This document shows positions 56,323 to 64,000 of a stretch of 64,000 nucleotides of DNA, one piece after another (position 1 is the first letter of the stretch; each line of letters begins with the position of its first letter). The notes under the pieces are model-generated. The model saw nothing but the letters and a program-made list of their open reading frames with translations. It did no database searches and was not told where the DNA came from. The stretch covers positions 12,152,001 through 12,216,000 of the forward strand of contig NC_047079.1 in assembly GCF_902459465.1 (NCBI RefSeq), in the 5' to 3' direction. The position numbers and the translations under genes are program-made. The stretch is from Asterias rubens. Taxonomy: Eukaryota.

Positions 56323-58140
56323 CCCAGCTAACACACGACCTTACTGCAACGTTGCCTGAAGGTTGCGGTTTCGTCATGTTACCTAGTAACGTTCACACAA
56401 TGTTGCAACAACGTTAAATGGTGACGTTGTATCGCAACATTGCTAGAAAGTTCTGCCGCAATGTTGCTGGAAGGTTGCGCTTTCGTCATGTTACATGCTG
56501 ACGTATATACAACGTTGCAACAACGTTTTAGTTGTACATTGCTTTGGAACATTGCTTCCACGTTTTGTCGCAACGTTGCATGAAGGTTGCAGTTTCGTCA
56601 TGTTACATTATAACTTATACCAAACGTTGCAACAACGTTACAATTGTCTGTTCCCTAAACATCTCCCGCACGTTTCTTCGAAACGTTGCCTGAAGGTTGT
56701 GGTTTCGTCATGTTACTAGAAACGTTCATACATTGTTGTGAAAACATTAAATGGTGACGTTGTGTCGAAACATTGCCAGAAGGTTTGGCCGCAATGTTGC
56801 TAGAAGGTTGCGCTTTCGTCATGTTACATGCTGACGTATAAACAACGTTGCAACAGCGTTTTATTCGGACATTGCTTTGGAACGTTGCTTCCACGTTTTG
56901 TCGCAACGTTGCATGAAGGTTGCAGTTTCGTCATGTTACATTCTCACCTATACCAAACGTTGCAACAATGTTACAATATTGTCTGTTCCCTAAACATCGC
57001 CCGCACGTTTCTTAGAAACGTTGCCTGAAGGTTGTGGTTTCATCATGTTACTAGAAACGTTCATACATTGTTGTGACAACGTTAAATGGTGACGTTGTGT
57101 CAAAACATTGCCAGAAGGTTTGGCCGCAATGTTGCTAGAAGGTTGCGCTTTTGTCATGTTACAGGCTGACGTATATACAACGTTGCAACAGCGTTTTATT
57201 CGGACATTGCTTGGAACGTTGCTTCCATGTTTAACGTTGCATGAAGGTTGCAGTTTCGTCGTGTTACATTCTCACTTATACCAAACGTTGCAGCAATGTC
57301 ACAATTGTCTGTTTCCTAAACATCGCCTGGACGTTTCTTAGAAACGTTGCCTGAAGGTTGTGGTTTCGTCATGTTACTAGAAACGTTCATACAATGTTGT
57401 GACAACGTTAAATGGTGACGTTGTGCCGAAACATTGCCAGAAGGTTTGGCCGCAATGTTGCTAGAAGGTTGCGCTTTCGTCATGTTACATGCTTACGTAT
57501 ATACAACGTTGCAACCTCGTTTTATTCGGACATTGCTTTGGAACGTTGCTTCCACGTTTTGTCGCGTTTTGTCTGTTCCCTAAACATCGCCGCACGTTTC
57601 TCATAGAAACATTGCCTGAATGTTGCGCTTACGTAAATACAACATTGCAACAATGTATCAATATTGGACATTGTTTACGAACGTTGCTTCCACGATTTGT
57701 CGCAACATTGCAACGTTGCAACAATGCTACAATTTTCTGTTCCAATAACATCACCCAGACGTTGTTTTAGAAACGTTGCGTGAAGGTTGCATTGTCGTCA
57801 CGTTACTGAGTAACCTATATAAAATGTTGCAACAACGTTTAATGGTGACGTGGTATCGCAACATTGCGAGAAGGTTTTGCCTCAAGGTTGCCTAAAGGTT
57901 GCACTTTCATCATGTTACATACTGACGTATACAACGTTGCAACAACGTATCAGTTGGACGTTGTTTTGGAACGTTGCTGCCACGGTTTTGTCGCAACATT
58001 GCCTGAAGTTGCAGTTTCAATTTCATGTTAGATTGTAACTTATACACGTTGCAACAATGATTATTATTTTGTTCCCTGTTTATAACATCGTCCAGACGTT
58101 TTTCTAATAGAAACGTTGCCTGAGGTTGATGTTTCGTCAA
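56323..58140. repeat. AACGTT-rich satellite, ~335-bp higher-order unit made of three ~111-bp subunits
   Basis: gttgcctgaaggttg at 56351, 56685, 57020 and 57346; gaaggttg..tttcgtcatgttac recurs every ~110-112 bp. Confidence 0.9.
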
Positions 58141-58390
58141 GCCAAAAGTTATACATACTTACTGAGTTTTGAGAGCACAGTGACAAGATGCTAAAATTCA
58201 ACATTTTGGCGGGTAATTTTGTTCTTGTTTTTTGGATTGAAAAATGCTTTTAACCCTAAGTTTAGGTAGCTGATGGGACATCTCAAACTAAATTTTGTGC
58301 AAATCCCATGTTGCATTAACATTTTACAAGCAAAAAGCTATACATACTCACTGGGTTTTGAGAGCACAGTGACAAGATGCTAAAATTCAA

Positions 58391-59150
58391 CAAATTTACT
58401 GCAGTAAAAACTGCATTCAAACCCAAGTCAAACTATAGTGAATCTGCAGTATTTAAGAAGTAATACTGTAGTATTTCTACTCTTAGTTTACTGTAAATTC
58501 ACTTTAATTTTACTGCAATAAAAACTACAGTAATACTGCAGTATCCTTGTAGTAAAACAATGGTAATTTTTTTGATAATACTACAAATTTACTGCAGTAA
58601 AAACTGCATCCAAACCCAAGTCAAACTATAGTGAATCTGCAGTATTTTAGAAGTAATACTATAGTGTCTCTACTCTTAGTTTACTTTAGATTCACTTTAA
58701 CTTTACTGCAATAAAAACTGCAGTAATACTGCAGTATCCTTGTAGTAAAACAATGGTAGTTTGTTTGATAATACTTTAAATTTACTGCAGTAAAAACTGC
58801 ATCAAACCCCAAGTCAAACTATAGTGAATCTGCAGTGTTTTAGAAGTAATACTAAAGCATTTCTACTCTTATTTTTCTGTAGATTCACTTTAACTTTACT
58901 GCAATAGAAATTGCAGTAATACCGCAGTATCCTTGTAGTAAACAATAGTAGTTTGTTTGATAATACTTTAAATTTACTGCAGTAAAAACTGCATCAAAAC
59001 CCTAGTCAAACTATAGTGAATCTGCAGTATTATAGAAGTAATACTGTAGTATTTCTAACCATGGTTTACTGTAGATTCACTTTAACTTTACTGCAATGAT
59101 AACAGCAGCAATTCTGCAGTATCCTTGTAGTAAAACAATTGTTTTTTGTG
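58391..59150. repeat. Four tandem copies of a 193-bp ACTGCAGTA-rich unit
   Basis: actgcagtaaaaactgca at 58398, 58591, 58784 and 58976. Confidence 0.92.
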
Positions 59151-61249
59151 CATGAAACTATAAGCTATGGTAATACGAAAGTATCATTGTCGCACTTAGA
59201 ATGTTTTCAGAAGATGGATGCTGTCAGTACATATTATAGTCATGTAGAAAAGTTTATTTAAAAATTGGCGTCCCCACTTTTCTATAGAATTTTTAAGGTT
59301 ATTGTCTATAGAAATCAGTTTCCTTCGCCGCCTGTAGAATTCTAGTTTTCTATGGATCTAAATTCTAGTATAAAAACTTTTATTTTCAAAAGAGTCCCAT
59401 TTCAGGTTGTCTAATATTCTATAGAACTTAGACTTAGTTTCTTTTATAAATATATCCATAAACAAACAACAAAACTGTTCAAAAGTAGAATCCCAACTTC
59501 TCCATTTTATAGAATTCTAAAAAAATAATAAGCTTTCTATTATGGGTCTGTTTCAGGTTGTCTATATTCTATGGAACTTAGTTTCTATTGTGAACATTTA
59601 AAAAAATTAAAACTTTTCAAAAGTAGAATCCCACATTTAATACTTCCCATCCACAACCCCCCCCCCCCCCCCTGAGCTAGTTCCCAATTCTTTGGTAGCT
59701 TCGAAAAATAATGACTGGACATTTTTCCGTCAATAGAGGGCGCTATATGATAGTTGTGTGTAAAAACGGTCGGCACCCAGACTTCGCGCATGTAAACTGA
59801 ACAGCTATGTTATGCACAACATGTGGAGCTCCGTCTATCTATCACTCAGAGCCAGTTTCAAACCGTTTCTAACGGCCGGCGGACCAACGGATTCTAATTT
59901 CTGTGATGATGATGTTCATTGTTGTATGTTTTGGCGTATGATTATTGTACATTTTGGAGGTATTTCCAGTGAATAAAGGCTGACCGTGTGGGGCTGATTA
60001 GATGTGAATTTTACAGTGAAAATTAAGAGCAAGAGAGAGTCGACGTCCGTCAGGTACCGTCGCCGTGATGATGTGGGTGATCATTTTTGTTTGGTAAGTA
60101 ACGTACGTACGTGTTTGAAACTTAAAGATTTTCTTTTAGAAAGTTCTTCTTCAATCCACTTCCTTGTAAATTGTAAATAAATAGCTTATTTTTTACTGAA
60201 ACTTCCGCTGGGGAACTTGGCAAGGAAGTCAGGAGAACTGTTTTTTTCTAGCCTAATGGTTGTATAGATATAATTTTTTTGTAAATAGTCTACTTTACTT
60301 GCTTTGGTTTGGTTGGACTTGGAATGGAAATCTATGATGAGGGAAAGGTTAACCTCCATGGTTAAAGATTCATACATACTTGATACTCTGTCTGGGTGTA
60401 CCCCGTACATTATAATTCAGAAAGCACTGCAGTGAGGTTAACTAACTTTTATTTAATTTTGTTTAAAAAAAAACTCTATGGTATGTTTCAATTTTGTTTG
60501 TGTTTATAAATTTTATCCTTAGTTATTTTTTTTGGCCCTGCTTTACTTGTTTTCTTGGGTAGAAAAAGAAAACGACAATGGGTTTGACTTGCCTTGGGTC
60601 CGACATTTAAACCCAAATTATATATAACAAAAAATTCAACATTAATTGTCATGTTCATATTAATCATGACAGTATGAAGTACTTAGAGGGGAGGAGAGTA
60701 ATAATGGGTATTCAAAACCTTTTTGCCTCATCTTGACTTTACGGACTGGAGAGCTGTGCAAACTTAAACCATTGAAATTTTCTACAAATGTTTCATTATT
60801 TCTGACACATATTTTCCATTTTTTTTCTTTTACAGATATTGTGCTTCTCTGATAAAGACAACTCAATCAACATCGCCATCAACAGAAGGCTGGCAATGAA
60901 GCATGGCGCGGTGTTAGGGCTACGTCTTGCTCAAGATAATTATTTCAAAAAGAGATTAATCCTGTCCTGTGGTATTGCAAAAAAAGGTGCTGCATGTATT
61001 TATTTACACTGCTTTCTCTCTCATTATATTTTGTACTAATTATAATCGTACAACCGTCAACTGCACAAATTTGTAAAGACTGCATTGAAACTGCAATAAA
61101 ACTATAGTAATTATGTGGTAGCAACGGGTTATTTTGAGGTAAAATAATGCTGAAACTACAGTAACAGTGTAGTTTTACTGCAGTAAAGACTGCATTGAAC
61201 ATTTCGAACATTTTGGGAGGTTGCAGGAACGTTAATTTTGCACATATTG

Positions 61250-61744
61250 GGACGATGCTGGAACGTTTATTTATAACATTGAGACGTTGTAGCAACGTAA
61301 GTTAACAACATAATTGGGAGGTTGTCAGAAGGTTAATTTTGGATGTGGTATGGACGTTGGCTTACAACGTTAGAGACAACGTTGTCACAACATCAAGAAG
61401 AGTCCACACAAATTCGTTACCACAACGCTACACATCAACGTTGCAACAACAGAAAATGTACAGATGCAACAACGTTCTCGCAACGTTTTTTTAAGACGTT
61501 GCTGGAACGTTAACTTACAACATTGAGACGTTGTAGGAACGTTAGTTAACAACATATTGTGACGTTGTCAGAAAGTTAATTTTGGATGTGGTATGGACGT
61601 TGGCTCACAACGTTAGAGACAACGTTGTCACAACATCAAGGAGAGTCCACACAAATTCGTTGCCACAACATTACACATCAACGTTGCCACAACAAAAAAG
61701 TAACGTTGTAACAACGTTCTCGCAACGTTTTTTGGTTAGCTGGG
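61250..61744. repeat. Two ~243-bp AACGTT-rich units ending in gttagctggg
   Basis: gctggaacgtt..acattgagacgttgtag at ~61258 and 61501. Confidence 0.85.
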
Positions 61745-63620
61745 GTGTTTGTAATAGGGTCTACATCTACCATGTTCTTCCCCATAGAGTTCTGACTGAT
61801 CAATACCAGTCAATACTAGATCCCCTATACCCATAGGGGGGAGGGGGGGGGGGGGGGCTCATGTAACATTTTCTTCTCCCAGCAAGATTCTATTGACACC
61901 CTTCTGAATTTCTCAACATTGTGAGCTCGTTCCGGTAGAGCTTTTTTTCCCCATTATAACGATGAAGCCTATAATTAACTGCGTTTCCAAATAATTTTAT
62001 GTCTTTTATTTGCCGTTTTAAAAGGGAACGAAACTGTGTGATGAAGCTAAACCAATGATTTTGTTTAGTTAAAATTCCTAGCTTTCGGGGATTGGAACAA
62101 AGAATTGACTAGAGTGGGATTCGAACCAACGACCTGCGGATGAATGTGACGGCGCTCTACCAACTGATGAGTTATCTAGCCCTATGTTGGTGGTCTCCCT
62201 ATTTTGTCTCTGTCTTTGTTCGGGGATGACTGTCAGAAGCCATACAACTGTCCTAGCTTTCCGTACAATTTCTCGACTAATTGTTATTTATTATTATACT
62301 GATGTTACCTTTCCCAGGGTTTGTTCCAGTTTCAAAAAAAAAAAAAAAATACAAATACATAATAGTAATAATAATGATGTATACTTGGTTTGCGGTAACA
62401 CCATGTGTGTAAAACTACTTGCCAGGTAGAGTTGTTCTTAGAGAACTGTCTGGAGAATAAGTTGTTCTTAGAGAATAAAGCAAGACAGTTCTCTGAGAAC
62501 AACTCTACCTGGCAAGTAGATACACACATGGTGTTACCGCAAACCAAATATACATTGATACCTCACCACGCAATGCCTCAAATCCTATATAATTATAATA
62601 ATAATAATTTATACCGGAGTCTTACTTGGCACGTATCCAATAAAAATGTATTAAAGGTGCTTGGTAAACACATTTTTACAGAAAGATTGAATTGAATTTT
62701 ATTGAATTTATGATATTCTACCTCCATGGATATTCTGAGACCAAAATGTATCATCTTCTAAAGGGTTTACGTGGCGCTACGGCGCACTCAGCAGCCACTG
62801 CAAGGAACACCGGGCGATCCCTTCCTTATAGCGATAAGTGTTTCCGTCTTCGGTTGAGTGAGATTGTTTCCCGCAGTCTTGCCAATGTGGCCACTGACGT
62901 CACAATTCATTACTCAGTATACAATAGGTTTTACTTTAGCAACAGTGTCACTACTTCCTCCTTCTTATCTTTAGACATTTATATTTCGTTTGATTTTAGT
63001 GTGATACTTTTCTGGTAATTAAACCAACAAGGGACCCTCTAAAGTTACCATCAGTCTATATGTTTGAATATCCGTGTAGAGGAAGATGATGAAGAAATAG
63101 TTTCTAGATGCTGAAAACAGGCTTTGATGAGAACCCTTATAGATATACATGTAGATGGTGGACACACTCATTATGACACCATTAGGTTTGGGTAAATTTG
63201 TTTGTACACACCCAAATCAGACAGTGCACTCCTACAGTATCCGCCACCTCAAAAAGGCTAATGGTTTCATGGGAAGGGGAAACCCCCAAAGAGAAAATCC
63301 ACGCATAATAGGGACCGAAAACCGAATCCGCACATAGCTCTTGCACTGGATCTGATCCTTGGTCCAAAGAGGTGAAAGACAACAAAGAAACCAATGAGCC
63401 ACTCTGAATTACCCATTCAAATCAACCCTAGCAAAGCCGTAGCTATAGCCACTAATTCGGATACGGCTTTGGTTTTATACACGACATGAGACGCAGAAGC
63501 AGTTTGGCCCAATTGCGTCATGAGAACCCGAGTCGTGGAATGTTTCGCAGACAGGGAACACGGCAGGAGTTTTGTAGACAAACTGATCATGTTAGTGGTT
63601 TGGTAAAGTTCTATTGCCTA

Positions 63621-64000
63621 TAAAAGCAGTGGACACTATCGGTAATTACTCAAAATAATTAATGACGTAAAACCTTACTTGGTAACGAGTAATGACGTAA
63701 AACCTTACTTGGTAACGAGTAATGGGAAGCTGTGTTGATACTATAAAACATTGTGAGAAACGGCTCCCTCTGAAGTGACGTAGTTTTTGAGAAAGAAGTA
63801 ATTTTCCACGAATTTGATTTCGAGACGTCAGTATTAGATTTTGAGGTCTGCAAATCAAGCATCTAAACGCACACAACTTCGCGTGATAAGGGTGTTTGTT
63901 CTTTCATTATTATCTCGACGACCAATTGAGCTCAAGTTTCACAGGTTTTGTTATTTTATGCATATGTTGAGATAAAGCGAGAAGACTAGTCGTTGACAAT
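63621..64000. mobile_element. MITE family 1 (runs off the window edge)
   Basis: agcagtggacactatcggtaattactc start; internal 30-bp tandem duplication aatgacgtaaaaccttacttggtaacgagt. Confidence 0.75.

Noticed and set aside
56379-58140. Multiple Cys/His-rich ORFs in the satellite
   Set aside because: Translations of the tandem repeat in several frames with frequent stops.
19868-58375. CACAGTG heptamers (19870, 32469, 58175, 58365) as V(D)J-type recombination signals
   Set aside because: No ACAAAAACC nonamer at 12/23 spacing. The first two lie inside tail-coding sequence, and V and C2 are already contiguous, so there is no sign of somatic rearrangement.

Overview
AT-rich eukaryotic genomic DNA from an invertebrate deuterostome. 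The repeat families resemble those of echinoderm/sea-star genomes, but this is an unverified inference. Left part (0.9-10.7 kb, + strand): a complete 5-exon TPRG1L-like gene (~298 aa) whose third intron carries a tandem array of exon-3/splice-donor duplicates. Middle and right (18-56 kb, all on the - strand): a tandem cluster of seven intronless type-I membrane receptors (signal peptide, V-type Ig, C2-like Ig, stalk, TM, Tyr-rich tail), plus one truncated copy and three orphan leader/promoter modules. The receptors fall into two blocks. Class A (3 genes) has tails with hemITAM/ITAM-like, YxxP, ITSM and YxN motifs, and every copy is damaged. Class B (4 intact genes) has two C-terminal ITIMs at a fixed 26-residue spacing. 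V domains are strongly diversified in loop regions, and several genes look like domain-level mosaics, which together suggest an invertebrate paired (activating/inhibitory) Ig receptor family in birth-and-death evolution. The rest is dense in non-autonomous DNA transposons (TTAA-flanked Kolobok-like, hAT-like, Harbinger-like foldbacks), tRNA-derived SINEs, one Helitron-type 3' end, degenerate hammerhead-like motifs, satellites (56.3-61.7 kb) and one assembly gap. A0-A3 and B1-B4 are my own labels.
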